A stretch of DNA of 64,000 nt from Candidatus Thermofontivivens primus (GTDB taxonomy: Bacteria > Sysuimicrobiota > Sysuimicrobiia > Sysuimicrobiales > Thermofontiviventaceae). A program made the translations under genes and the position numbers. Below the pieces are notes generated by a model. That model worked only from the letters and a program-made list of their open reading frames with translations. It ran no database searches and was not told the origin of the DNA. The DNA is taken from assembly GCA_031458695.1 (NCBI GenBank), contig JAVKJW010000003.1, positions 1 through 64,000 of the forward strand, written 5' to 3'. Shown here piece by piece: positions 10,224-20,000 of this stretch; position 1 is the first letter of the stretch, and every line of letters begins with the position of its first letter.

Positions 10224-11888
10224 TCAATGGCCCGCCGGTACTGGATAAACCTCAAGGAAGCGGAGGATCCCTTTGTAGATCGCTATGGCGATCTTCTGCC
10301 GCACCTCAGGAGAGCGCAACAGCTTCTCCTCCGCAGGGCTAGAGATGAAGGCCACCTCCACCAGGACAGATGGGATGGTGTTGTCTCGGATCACATAGAA
10401 GTTTGCCGTCTTGATCCCGCGGCTGGGAAGACCAAGCGCCCGCGTAAGCTCTTCCTGAATCATCTGGGCGAGGGCGAGGCTCTGGGGAGTGTTATAGTAG
10501 GTCTCTGATCCACTCACCGAAGCAGTGACGCTGGCGTTGGCGTGGATGCTGATATAGATCGTCGCCCCTTGTTCCCTGGCAATGCGGGGCCTGTCTACCA
10601 CTTCAACGAAGACGTCCCGGTCACGGGTCATGACCACTTTCACGCCATCCCTGGTGAGGAGGTCGCGGGTGCGCAGGGCAATGTCCAAGACCACCTCGGC
10701 CTCTTTCAGTCCAGTGGGCCCGATCGCCCCGGGGTCTTTCCCCCCGTGACCTGGATCAAGGGCGACCACATGGCTCCGGGTGGTAGCTTGTTCAAGCTCC
10801 ACGATCAGCCTGGTCCCCCCTGCTTCGGACCTCACGACATATGGAACCTTTCGGCGTAGCGTCACCACAATGCGCGTGATCTCTGGGTTCGTCATGAACT
10901 GGGCTGCGCGCACGTAAGTCACCACTTGGTTTTTCACCGAAATCACCTGGCGCACAGGGGGAAAGATCGCCCCCTGGATATCCACGGCGATGCGGTGAGG
11001 GAAGACGAACTCGCTGATGGTGTATGGCATCGCCCTGTTCGCGGAGATCACCACCCGACTCCCCTTCCCCTCCTCGTACCGGACCTCATTCACCTTGAGT
11101 GCGGCCGAGAAGTCTGGCGCTGGAGAAAGTGAGGAGGGTGGGGTTGCAGGGCCTAGGGGGTTTACCTCCACCACGATCCGGAAGGTGTCGATGGCGTTGG
11201 TCACCTGGAAGGTGACAGGTTGCGCCAGGTCGAGGACCATGCGGGTAATGTAAGGTTTGACCTGAAACTGGCTAATGCGGATGCGGAGGACACCTCCCCC
11301 CTGGACGTTGATCTCCCTTTCCTGAACCCGGTTTGCGGCATTGACCAGGTCGAGGACCAAGCGCTCGGGGTTGGAAAGCCGCTGGGTCTGTACCTGTACC
11401 GGCCCGGTGGCATCCACGATCAACCGGAGGCCCTCAGGGATCTGTTCTGGGGAAACGCCAAGCACCTGCGAGGCAACGTGCAGAACCCCTTCTCTTTCCT
11501 CGAACTTCACCCATGCCCCCAGGAGGGAGAACACGACCTGGGCAGGGACGAAGGGGCGATCTCCACGAAGCACGGGAGCGATGGGGATCGCACGCTGCTC
11601 CCCATTCACCAGGACGACTGGTTCATTCGGGCGAAGAGTGAGCGTGAGGCCGGTGCGGTTCGAGATCACAATCGCCTGCTTTTCCGCAAACCAGGTCGCG
11701 GCAGCGCCGAAGGCTTCAAACGCTGCCCCCGCTGGGATCATCACCTGTCCGCTGAGGAGGAAAGGTGGAGCTTCCAGCCTGACAGGTTGGCCGTTTACAA
11801 CAACAGAAATCGTCCTCCCTTGCGCGAGCCCTGGAAAGGCCGTCCCGAGGAGGACGATCACCAGGATGAAGACCCTGACGAACCCCAT
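10224..11888 (-). CDS. N-acetylmuramoyl-L-alanine amidase with Cu-amine-oxidase-N and AMIN domains
   Basis: Signal peptide; LDPGHGGKDPGA, ISIHAN, LVEVAFIS (Amidase_3); two RLVLDL-type AMIN repeats. Confidence 0.93.
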   Translation of the reverse strand: MGFVRVFILVIVLLGTAFPGLAQGRTISVVVNGQPVRLEAPPFLLSGQVMIPAGAAFEAFGAAATWFAEKQAIVISNRTGLTLTLRPNEPVVLVNGEQRAIPIAPVLRGDRPFVPAQVVFSLLGAWVKFEEREGVLHVASQVLGVSPEQIPEGLRLIVDATGPVQVQTQRLSNPERLVLDLVNAANRVQEREINVQGGGVLRIRISQFQVKPYITRMVLDLAQPVTFQVTNAIDTFRIVVEVNPLGPATPPSSLSPAPDFSAALKVNEVRYEEGKGSRVVISANRAMPYTISEFVFPHRIAVDIQGAIFPPVRQVISVKNQVVTYVRAAQFMTNPEITRIVVTLRRKVPYVVRSEAGGTRLIVELEQATTRSHVVALDPGHGGKDPGAIGPTGLKEAEVVLDIALRTRDLLTRDGVKVVMTRDRDVFVEVVDRPRIAREQGATIYISIHANASVTASVSGSETYYNTPQSLALAQMIQEELTRALGLPSRGIKTANFYVIRDNTIPSVLVEVAFISSPAEEKLLRSPEVRQKIAIAIYKGILRFLEVYPVPAGH

Positions 11889-11950
11889 TCCTCCCTCTCC
11901 GCTTTAGCCTCTCACCCCGTTCCCTGGAGCATCTCGCTTGCCAACCAATT

Positions 11951-12101
11951 GTGCCTCTCCCGGATGGGGAAGGTGTTCGACCCTTACAAGAGGTTCTCCT
12001 GCCCAGGGTGGAGAGGTGAAGGAGAAGTCTCCTCCCATCGGCAGGAAGAGTCGCCTGTAAATCAAGGGTACGGACTTGGGCCTCCGGTGAAAGGGAGGCA
12101 C
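11951..12101. ncRNA. Candidate structured RNA: long imperfect rod-like hairpin (6S-like shape, unconfirmed)
   Basis: Nested pairings GTGCCTCTC/GGGAGGCAC, CCGGA/TCCGG, GTTCG/CGGAC, ACCCTT/AAGGGT, TCCTGCC/GGCAGGA, GGAGA/TCTCC in intergenic DNA. Confidence 0.45.
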
Positions 12102-12218
12102 CTGTTCCCCCAGGCGATCCCATCTTTCTCTTCACCGTATGGCCCCAGGAGGGATGATGCCAATCATGGTGGGTGGATACGTCAGTGCACAGATCCGACC
12201 GGCCAATGATTCCTCTGG

Positions 12219-12683
12219 CTACTTCACGACCATCGTGCCCTTCATCCCTGCCTCGTAGTGGCCGGGCAGGTGGCAGCCGATCTCAAAGGTCCCGGCCTTG
12301 ATGGGCGTAAACTTAATCTCGACCGATTTCCCTTTCTCGATCTCTACCTCAAAGATGTCCTTCCCGACAACCTCAATGCCAGCTCCCTCGACGGTGACCT
12401 CAACGCCCTTGAAGTAAGACTTCTCCTCCGCCCACTTCTCCAATTCCTCCATGGACATGCCAGCCTTTGGAGGCGCATAGACCATAAACTCATGGGTTAC
12501 GCTTCCCTTATTGGAGAGTTTCAGCTCCACAGGCACTCCCTTGGTCAAGGTGATCCTGTTAGGTTTGAAGGCAAACTCGATGAGCTGGATGGTGATCTCC
12601 TGTTTTTTAGGAGCGCCCCCTCCCACCTGTGTCAGGACGAACAGAAAAAGAAACCCCATCAGCAACACCCTGCTCCTCTTCAT
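12219..12683 (-). CDS. Exported cupredoxin (type-1 copper)
   Basis: Signal peptide; HEF...CHLPGHYEAGM gives His/Cys/His/Met ligands. Confidence 0.9.
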   Translation of the reverse strand: MKRSRVLLMGFLFLFVLTQVGGGAPKKQEITIQLIEFAFKPNRITLTKGVPVELKLSNKGSVTHEFMVYAPPKAGMSMEELEKWAEEKSYFKGVEVTVEGAGIEVVGKDIFEVEIEKGKSVEIKFTPIKAGTFEIGCHLPGHYEAGMKGTMVVK

Positions 12684-12765
12684 TCCTTCCCCCCCTTTCT
12701 GTTGCGATCCACCAGCCAAAGCCAGAGGAATTTCGTCGTGCCGAGCTAAGCAAAGTGTTCGGAAT

Positions 12766-14106
12766 CTAAGAGCGGGATGCTTCTCCGATTGTGGATATGT
12801 GGGCGCGTTCAGGCCTCGTGTGTTTTAACACCCATACTGTCGAAAGAGAGAGGATGGCCAGGACGAGGAAGGTGATGAAGCCCAGAGGGTAGCCAAGCTC
12901 TTTATGCTGGCGCACAGCAAACCCCATGATAGGCGGGATCACGAAGCCGCCCAAAGCCCCCAATCCACCAACCCATCCTGCCGCGCCCCCTACTGCCTGG
13001 GGCACCTCCTGCGGAACCATCTTGAAGACGGCAGCGTTGCACATCCCCATCCCAACGGCCATGAGGAGTATCCCCGGCACAGCCACTTCAAATTGCTTTG
13101 TCAGCGTCATGAGCGTCGCCCCATTGAGCATAATCAACAGCGCCAGAATGGCTGTGTTCTCGCCTCCTTCCTCTAACGTGTCCGATAGCCCTCCGCCGAC
13201 AATCCGGATGGCCGAAGTGAGGATTGAGTACAGGGCGGTTAAGGCCCCTGCTGACACCGTTCCTAGATGGAAAAAGGATGACCAATAAGTAGGCAGCCAA
13301 GCAGTGAGGGCCACGAAGCCACCAAAGGTGGTGAAGTAGACGAAGACCAGCGCCCATGTCCGCCACTGGAGGGCGGAGACTCGTAAGGCTTCGAGAAGGC
13401 TTGCGGAAGGGAATAACTCCTGCCCGCGCTGGGTTGCGATCTCTCGTGCTTCAGCTGCAGACAGCCCCTGCTCCCGCAGCTGAAAGTACCAGGCATTACG
13501 CCCAGTAAACCAATAGACCGCCGTCCCAATGGCCAGCAATGACAACCAGACGAAATAGGCATTGGCCAAGCCCCACCTTACCAGAACAATGGGAAGTACC
13601 AGTGAGAAGATCCCTGGCGCCAGATTGCCGATCCCAGCGTAGAGACCTAGCGCCACACCCTGACGCGCACGCGGGAACCAGTAAGCGACTTGGCTGATGC
13701 CCACTGAAAAAGTAGCAATGCCACAGCCGGACAGTATGCCAAGCGCCAGAAGGAGGGGATAAAAACCCTGGTGAAGTCGGTCTGGGTAGAAGAAATTTAC
13801 CACCAAGGACAACCCCGTCATACCGGCCACAGAGAGTACCAGCAGCACCAAGAAGGGTTTGCGTCCCCCCGTGGTGTCGACCCAAGCGGAGAAAGGGATC
13901 CGTAAGAGCGATCCGGAGAGGGCTGGCATAGCCACCAACAACCCGACCTCCACGGGCTCTAGACCCATGACTTGCTGAAAGCGAGCGGCAGTCGGGCCAA
14001 AGAGCGCAACCGCAGCGAATCCGATAAAGAACCCAATGGTCGCGCTCACGAGACCCTGCTTAGGGGTTCCCTTTAGTTTTGGCTCTCTCACGGATAGCAC
14101 CTTCAT
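12766..14106 (-). CDS. narK: Nitrate/nitrite transporter (MFS)
   Basis: GSLLRIP, FSVGISQVAYWFP, GIGNL, GWVGGLGALGGF; at the end of the nar operon. Confidence 0.92.
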   Translation of the reverse strand: MKVLSVREPKLKGTPKQGLVSATIGFFIGFAAVALFGPTAARFQQVMGLEPVEVGLLVAMPALSGSLLRIPFSAWVDTTGGRKPFLVLLVLSVAGMTGLSLVVNFFYPDRLHQGFYPLLLALGILSGCGIATFSVGISQVAYWFPRARQGVALGLYAGIGNLAPGIFSLVLPIVLVRWGLANAYFVWLSLLAIGTAVYWFTGRNAWYFQLREQGLSAAEAREIATQRGQELFPSASLLEALRVSALQWRTWALVFVYFTTFGGFVALTAWLPTYWSSFFHLGTVSAGALTALYSILTSAIRIVGGGLSDTLEEGGENTAILALLIMLNGATLMTLTKQFEVAVPGILLMAVGMGMCNAAVFKMVPQEVPQAVGGAAGWVGGLGALGGFVIPPIMGFAVRQHKELGYPLGFITFLVLAILSLSTVWVLKHTRPERAHISTIGEASRS

Positions 14107-14126
14107 CTCACTCTACGCTCTAAGAC

Positions 14127-14825
14127 TCATCGTTTCAGCGCCACATAGCTCCGCATGGAGATATAAGGCCGGGTGATGTACCCAAAGGGGTAACTGAACA
14201 TGTGCACCAGCTTGGTAAAGGGGAACCATGCCAAGAAGATGAAGTTCACGATCAGATGCAGTTTGGCGAGGAGAGGGAAACCGCTGAGCAAGGTGGGATC
14301 GGGGCGGAAGGTGAGCAGGCCATAGAGCCAGGGGCCCAATCCGTAAGACAACCCAAAGATGAGTTGCACAGCCGAGGTATATAGGCCCAGCCCGCTGATC
14401 ACAATCAGGAAAAGCAGCACGAGATAATCCTCCGTGGTGCTCATGGCGCGCAACTGTGGTTTGATCAGCCGGCGCACGAAGGCCCAGGAAGCGCCGTAGA
14501 AGAGGAGAATACCGCCGAACATCCCCGCCCAGCGGAAAACCTCAACCAAGGAAGGCGAGTTCAACCCGCCGCCAAAAAAGCCCAGGATGTGGCTAAGGAT
14601 GAGGATCACAAGCCCCCAATGCAGGCATAGGGTCGCCGGTCCGATAGAGGCGCGACCGAAGAACCCAGTGGAGCGAGTGGTCCAAAGAAAATCCCCTCGC
14701 ACGCTCCAGTCCGGTTTTCCCCGGAAGCGGCTCTTCATTGTGGTAAAGGCCCGGTAGGCTGATCCACCAAGAAACAGGAGAAGGGTGATGTAGGGCAACC
14801 CGACGAAGAAGAAGTTCTCAAACAT
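14127..14825 (-). CDS. narI: Respiratory nitrate reductase gamma subunit (cytochrome b)
   Basis: 5 TM helices, four heme-b His (LHWG, SHIL, KLHL, LVHM), FPFTKLVH. Confidence 0.92.
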   Translation of the reverse strand: MFENFFFVGLPYITLLLFLGGSAYRAFTTMKSRFRGKPDWSVRGDFLWTTRSTGFFGRASIGPATLCLHWGLVILILSHILGFFGGGLNSPSLVEVFRWAGMFGGILLFYGASWAFVRRLIKPQLRAMSTTEDYLVLLFLIVISGLGLYTSAVQLIFGLSYGLGPWLYGLLTFRPDPTLLSGFPLLAKLHLIVNFIFLAWFPFTKLVHMFSYPFGYITRPYISMRSYVALKR

Positions 14826-15408
14826 GGTGCGCCTCCTCCTTCATCCGCACTTCTAGATCCAACTTCAACAACCGCTCCAGTCCATCCAAAAGGTGAAGAT
14901 AGGGACTGTTCAGCGTCACAAGCCTCTCGCGGAGAGCTGGAAGGAAGGGAAGGAAATATTCCTGAACGAACTTTCTTCGGATAGGAACTTCCACGTCCAC
15001 CGTGAGGGCCAGAAATTCCACCATCAGCGGGAGGTAATCCGGCAGTTCTCTGCCCGCTAGCCCCAGGCCGAAATGCTTGTAGATCCCGATCAGCTCGATC
15101 ATGTACTCGTTCCTGTCGGAGACGGCGGCCTGGGCACAGGTCTTTGGTTCCTCGAAGGCGTGGCTTCCTAAATAGAGCGGGCAGCGAGGGTTCAGTTCAA
15201 ACAGCTCCACATATTCCTCCTCACTCGGGGGATAGTGGGCGAGAAACTGCTCGAGATACGCGGCCGCCTCTTGGTCCACTCTACCCAAGAGATGGCTTAT
15301 CCCTCGCACATCCTCTGCGACTCTCTTTGCCTCCACATCCTGAGGGTTGCACCAGAGGTCGGCGATGAGGGCATAGGCACGCCTGAACAGTTCACACACC
15401 TCACTCAT
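14818..15408 (-). CDS. narJ: Nitrate reductase chaperone
   Basis: YVELFE, ELPDYLPLMVEFL; start at MSEVCEL. Confidence 0.9.
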   Translation of the reverse strand: MSEVCELFRRAYALIADLWCNPQDVEAKRVAEDVRGISHLLGRVDQEAAAYLEQFLAHYPPSEEEYVELFELNPRCPLYLGSHAFEEPKTCAQAAVSDRNEYMIELIGIYKHFGLGLAGRELPDYLPLMVEFLALTVDVEVPIRRKFVQEYFLPFLPALRERLVTLNSPYLHLLDGLERLLKLDLEVRMKEEAHHV

Positions 15409-16966
15409 ACTTCTTCTCCGGAGTGTGGTAAGACCGATGGTAACTGCGTCGCCGCGCCAGGGGGCTAGAAAGAGCCATTTCGTCGTACCCGGCAAAGCCA
15501 CGCTCCGTGTAGGGGCTGAGGTCCGCCTTCTCCCGCTTCGTGGTGGGCACCACGAACCGCTCGTGGTAAAAGGCCAGCGAAAGACCCCGCACGATGCCCC
15601 TGGCGTCCTCCTCCGTCAGGCCTACCTCCTCCAGGACCTTCACATTCGGCTTCCCCTCTACCCGGAGGCTCCGCTCGTAGTGCCTGACCGCCAGCTGTCT
15701 CCGGAGGGACTTCCTCACCTCCTCTTCATTACCGGCCGCGAGCAAGTTCGCGAGATACTTGATCGGCACCCGGAACTTGTCCAGCTCGTCCAGGCCCAAG
15801 AGGGGACCGTTGCTGGGTTTATCCATGTCAAAAACATCCTGCTCATTGGGTGAGTTCTGGCCGGCGCTGGTGACGATAGGAGCCAGCGGCGGGATGTACC
15901 AGAGCATGGGCAGGGTGCGGAACTCAGGGTGGAGAGGCAGGGCCAGTTCCCACCGCTTCATCAGCCGGTATGGAGCCGAGCGCTGGGCGGCGTCGATCCA
16001 ATCGTCACTGATCCCATTGGCGCGGGCACTCTCAATCACCTTTGGGTCGAAGGGATCCAAGATGATCTCTCGCTGGGCGCGCACCAGGTCTTTTTCCTCC
16101 GCCAAGGCTACCTCCTGGACCCGGTCGAAGTCATAGAGAATCACGCCGAAGGAGCGGATGCGGCCCACGCAGCTATGGAAGCAAACAGGCGGCAGTCCGT
16201 GCTCCACCCGGGGATAGCACAGGATGCACTTTTCCATCTTGCCCGAGCGCCAGTTGTAGTAGGGCTTCTTGTAGGGGCATGAGGAGATGCAGTAGCGCCA
16301 GTTGCGGCAGCGGTCCTGGTCGATGAGAACAATGCCATCCTCCTCTCGCTTGTATGCGGCCCCAGATGGGCAAGCAGCCACGCAGGCGGGATTTAGACAG
16401 TGGTTGCAGATGCGCGGCAGGTAGAAGTAGAACACATCTCGGAACTTGAGGTACGCTTCGTGCTCCTCCTTGCTCATCCCGCTGAAGTTGACGTCGTACC
16501 TTCCGGTGATGTGGGCACCGCCGGCGTTATCCTCCCAGTTCACATTCCAGGTCAGGGGGATGTCCTCTTCCTCGGTTACCATGGATTTGGGCCTGGCCAC
16601 GGGTTGCTGGCCTTTCTGCTGGTCGGTGTGCAGGTCGTCGTAGGTGAAGGTGTACACGTCCTGGCCATAGTAATCGGCCATCTCCGGCATGTGGGGGTTG
16701 AAGAAGAGGTTGAGGAGCATGTAGGACCTGCTGCCGTAGCGGAGCTTTACCCGATCCCCTTCCCTGACCCATCCCCCCTTCCACACCTCCTGGTCCTCCC
16801 ACCGCTTGGGGTAGCCGATGCCTGGCTTGGTCTCCACGTTGTTCCACCACATGTATTCGGCACCCTCGCGGTTGGTCCACACGTTCTTGCAGGCAACGGT
16901 GCAGGTGTTGCAGCCAATGCACTTTTCCAGATTGAATGTCATGGAAAATTGCGCTTTGACCCTCAT
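15401..16966 (-). CDS. narH: Respiratory nitrate reductase beta subunit
   Basis: CIGCNTCTVACKNVWTNREG, CNHCLNPACVAAC, CRNWRYCISSC, CILC; PLHPEFRTLPM. Confidence 0.96.
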   Translation of the reverse strand: MRVKAQFSMTFNLEKCIGCNTCTVACKNVWTNREGAEYMWWNNVETKPGIGYPKRWEDQEVWKGGWVREGDRVKLRYGSRSYMLLNLFFNPHMPEMADYYGQDVYTFTYDDLHTDQQKGQQPVARPKSMVTEEEDIPLTWNVNWEDNAGGAHITGRYDVNFSGMSKEEHEAYLKFRDVFYFYLPRICNHCLNPACVAACPSGAAYKREEDGIVLIDQDRCRNWRYCISSCPYKKPYYNWRSGKMEKCILCYPRVEHGLPPVCFHSCVGRIRSFGVILYDFDRVQEVALAEEKDLVRAQREIILDPFDPKVIESARANGISDDWIDAAQRSAPYRLMKRWELALPLHPEFRTLPMLWYIPPLAPIVTSAGQNSPNEQDVFDMDKPSNGPLLGLDELDKFRVPIKYLANLLAAGNEEEVRKSLRRQLAVRHYERSLRVEGKPNVKVLEEVGLTEEDARGIVRGLSLAFYHERFVVPTTKREKADLSPYTERGFAGYDEMALSSPLARRRSYHRSYHTPEKKYE

Positions 16967-17014
16967 AGCTTCCTCCCGTTAACGGACAGAAATCATGTTG
17001 CTTAATCGCCTCTC

Positions 17015-17071
17015 GAGCTTTCCCCGTGCCGGGGTCCCCACCAAAATCCGTTTAGGATTTTGGTGGGGTGA
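17015..17071. repeat. About 57-bp palindromic repeat between narG and narH
   Basis: CCCCACCAAAATCC-GTTTA-GGATTTTGGTGGGG plus a flank near-identical to 22754-22811 in inverted orientation. Confidence 0.9.
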
Positions 17072-17072
17072 C

Positions 17073-20000
17073 TTAAGTTGCTGGCAACATCACCAGCTCT
17101 TCCTCGCGGTAGATGGCTCCCTTCTTGCCTGGCGCCAGAGGCATTTTCCGGATGAGTACCCCGTGGTCCCGCTCCGAGGGACTGGTGCCCCAGTAGTTGA
17201 TGTCGTAGCAGAAGTTGCCGTAGCCGCCCACCATGGTGTGGGGGTTCATCAGGATGCGGGTGGTGGCGTTGTTGTTGCCGCCCCGCAGGTCGGTGCACCC
17301 GCGCTTCTTGGCCAAGGGCGAGAAGGGGACGTTCACATGCCGCTCCACCTGATGGTAGACGATAGCCATGCCACGGGGGACCTGGTGGCTCACAATCGCC
17401 CGACACACCTGGATGCCGTTTTCGCAGTAGAGCTCCACCCAATCGTTGTCCTTGACCTCAATCTCATCGGCGTCGTCAGGGTTAAGCCAGACCGTAGGAC
17501 CGCCCCGGGACATGTGCAGCATGGGCCAGTGGTCGCGGAAGGAGCTGTGAATCTGCCATTTGCCGTGGGGAGTGATGAAGCGGAAGACTTTGGACTTGGG
17601 CTCCGCCTTGTCCGGCCGGATATCGCCGATGGCCACCATATCGAGAGGGGGCTTGTATGTGGGCAGGGCTTCGCCAAGCTCTCGGATCGCCTGGTGGTCA
17701 AAGTAGATCTCGATCCGCCCGGTAAGGGTATGCCAGGGCTTGAGCCGCTCGACGTTGAGCGTCCAGGGGGCGAAGGTGCGCTGTTTGCCCGTATTGGGGT
17801 CGAAGAGAATGGCTCCCCACATGGGCGAGGTGTGGATGCGCCTCGGTTGGGAGGCCAGGTCTTTATAGTGCACCCGGCGACTTTTGACCGGCTCTACCAA
17901 GTCCTTGAGGGGCATGCCCACTTTCTTCTCCATCTCCTCGAAGAACATGGAGGCGAGCCGGCCGTTGAGTTCCGGGGAGACCTGGGTGATCAGTTCGCAG
18001 AACTGCTCCGGCCGCTCCGCGTAGACCCGCCCGTTCTTTACCGTGAGGGCCTCGTTCTGCTTCAGCTCCTCCTCCACAATGGGGGTTAGATCCACGTAGT
18101 GCCCTTTGGAGCCATAGTGATCAATGCGCGGACCTAGGGAGATCAGCCGGTCGTACACTTGCGTATAATCCCGCTCCACGATGAAGATGTGGGGGAAGTA
18201 CTTGCCCGGGATGGGTTCCACATCCCCTTTCTTCCAATCCTTTACCTCCCCCAACGGTTGGCCCAGTTGGTCCGGTGTGTCCATCCACAAGGGTTTGAGG
18301 ACGATGTCTTTCACTGGTCTGGGGAAATGTTTCTTAGCCAGCTCAGAGAACTTTTTCGCGATGAGCTTGAAGGCTTCCCAGTCGTGCTTTGCCTCCCAGG
18401 ACGGCTCGGTGGCCGGCTGGAGAGGGTGCACGAAGGTATGCATATCGCCGAAGGTGATGTCGTATTTCTCATACCAGAAGGCCGCGGGTAGCACCACGTC
18501 GGCATAGTTGGCCGTGGAGTCCATCCGGATGTTCAGGTTCACCAGCAGGTCTAGCTTACCGATGGGGGCCCGCTCGGGGTCGAAGGTGATCTCCTTCACC
18601 AGCCCTTGGGCTGGCTCGTCGTCGTAGAGAACATTGTGATGGGTACCCAGGAAGTGCTTCAGGGCAAGCTCATGGCCTCGCATGCTGGTGCCAATGAGGT
18701 TGCCCCGCCAGACGGTTAACACCTTGAGCTGGTTTTCTGGACGGTCAACGTAGGGGAGGGCAAAGTCCAACTTGCCTTCTTTGAATTGCTTCAGCACCCA
18801 TTCTTTCACCTCGTCGTCCGTTTTACAGCCCGCCTGGATAGCTTCCTCGTAAAGCTGGAGGGGATTCTTGCGGTCAAACTGAGGGAAGAAGGGTAACCAG
18901 CCCAGCCGCACCGCCAGTGCGTTGAAATCGGCAGCGTGGTTCCACTGAGGACACTTCTGCGCATCCACGGCCCACTGGGTATCCAGTGGCATGGCGTCAT
19001 AGCGCCACTGGCCGGTGTGGAAGTACCAGAGGGAGGTGGAGTTCATCAGACGCGCCGGGCCAGTCCAATCAGCAGCGGCTCCAAGGTACTTGAAGGCGGC
19101 GTGGAGACGGGTGTGCTGGGTACCCACGTAGTGGTTGAAGTTGCCACCGTTGCGACCATGGCAGCCACAGAGGGCCAGCATCACCGCCATGCTGCGGTAG
19201 TACATGGAAGCGCCGTGATACCAGTGCTGGATGCCAGGCCCGGTGATGATCAGGGACCGGCCCTGGGTCTTTTCAGCGTTCTCGGCGAACTCCCGGGCCA
19301 CCTGGATAGCGAGGTTGCGACTTACCCCAGTGATCCGTTCCTGCCAGGCGGGGGTGAAGGGCTTGGGATCGTCGTAGTCCCTGGGGTAGTCGCCGCCCAG
19401 ACCCCGGGAAGTCCCATTCCACGCCATCAGCAGGTCGAAGGCAGTGGTTACTAGCAGTTCCCGGCCGTCCTTAGTGACGACCCTTTTTGCCGGCACCTCA
19501 CGGAGGACCTCTTTTGCCCGCTCAGCCTTGCTCCTGCTCTTCCCCAGCCAGATGCTGAAGGTATCGGTGAAATCGCTGAACGAGACCATTACCCTTTGGT
19601 CTTCTTTGCCCAGCAGGGTGAGAAGGGGATCAAACTCTTCTCCAGTAACAACGTTCTTCAGCTGCAGGTTCCAGTTGCCCGTGGGTTCTTTCTCCCAGCG
19701 GAAGCCGATGGTGCCAGGGGGCAAGTGCAGTCGCCCCTGAGCATCCACCATGATCATCTTCCATTCCGCGTTTTCCTGGTCAGCGTATTCAGCCAAGTCC
19801 GAAGCTCGCAGGAACCGTCCCTGGTGGAACTTCTTGCCCTCAGGGTCGGGTTCCAGGATCACTAGGAAAGGCAGGTTGGTATAGCGCTTAAGATAGTTTG
19901 TAAAGTAAGGCACCTCCCGGTCGACATAGAACTCCTTGAGGATGACGTGGATACAGGCCTGGAAGTAAGCACCGTCACTCCCGGGTACGACAGGGACCCA

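Noticed and set aside
11889..12218. c-di-AMP riboswitch upstream of the amidase
   Set aside because: The conserved ydaO motifs (GCTGAA, GGGGGA..CAGCTAAC) were not found on the minus strand.
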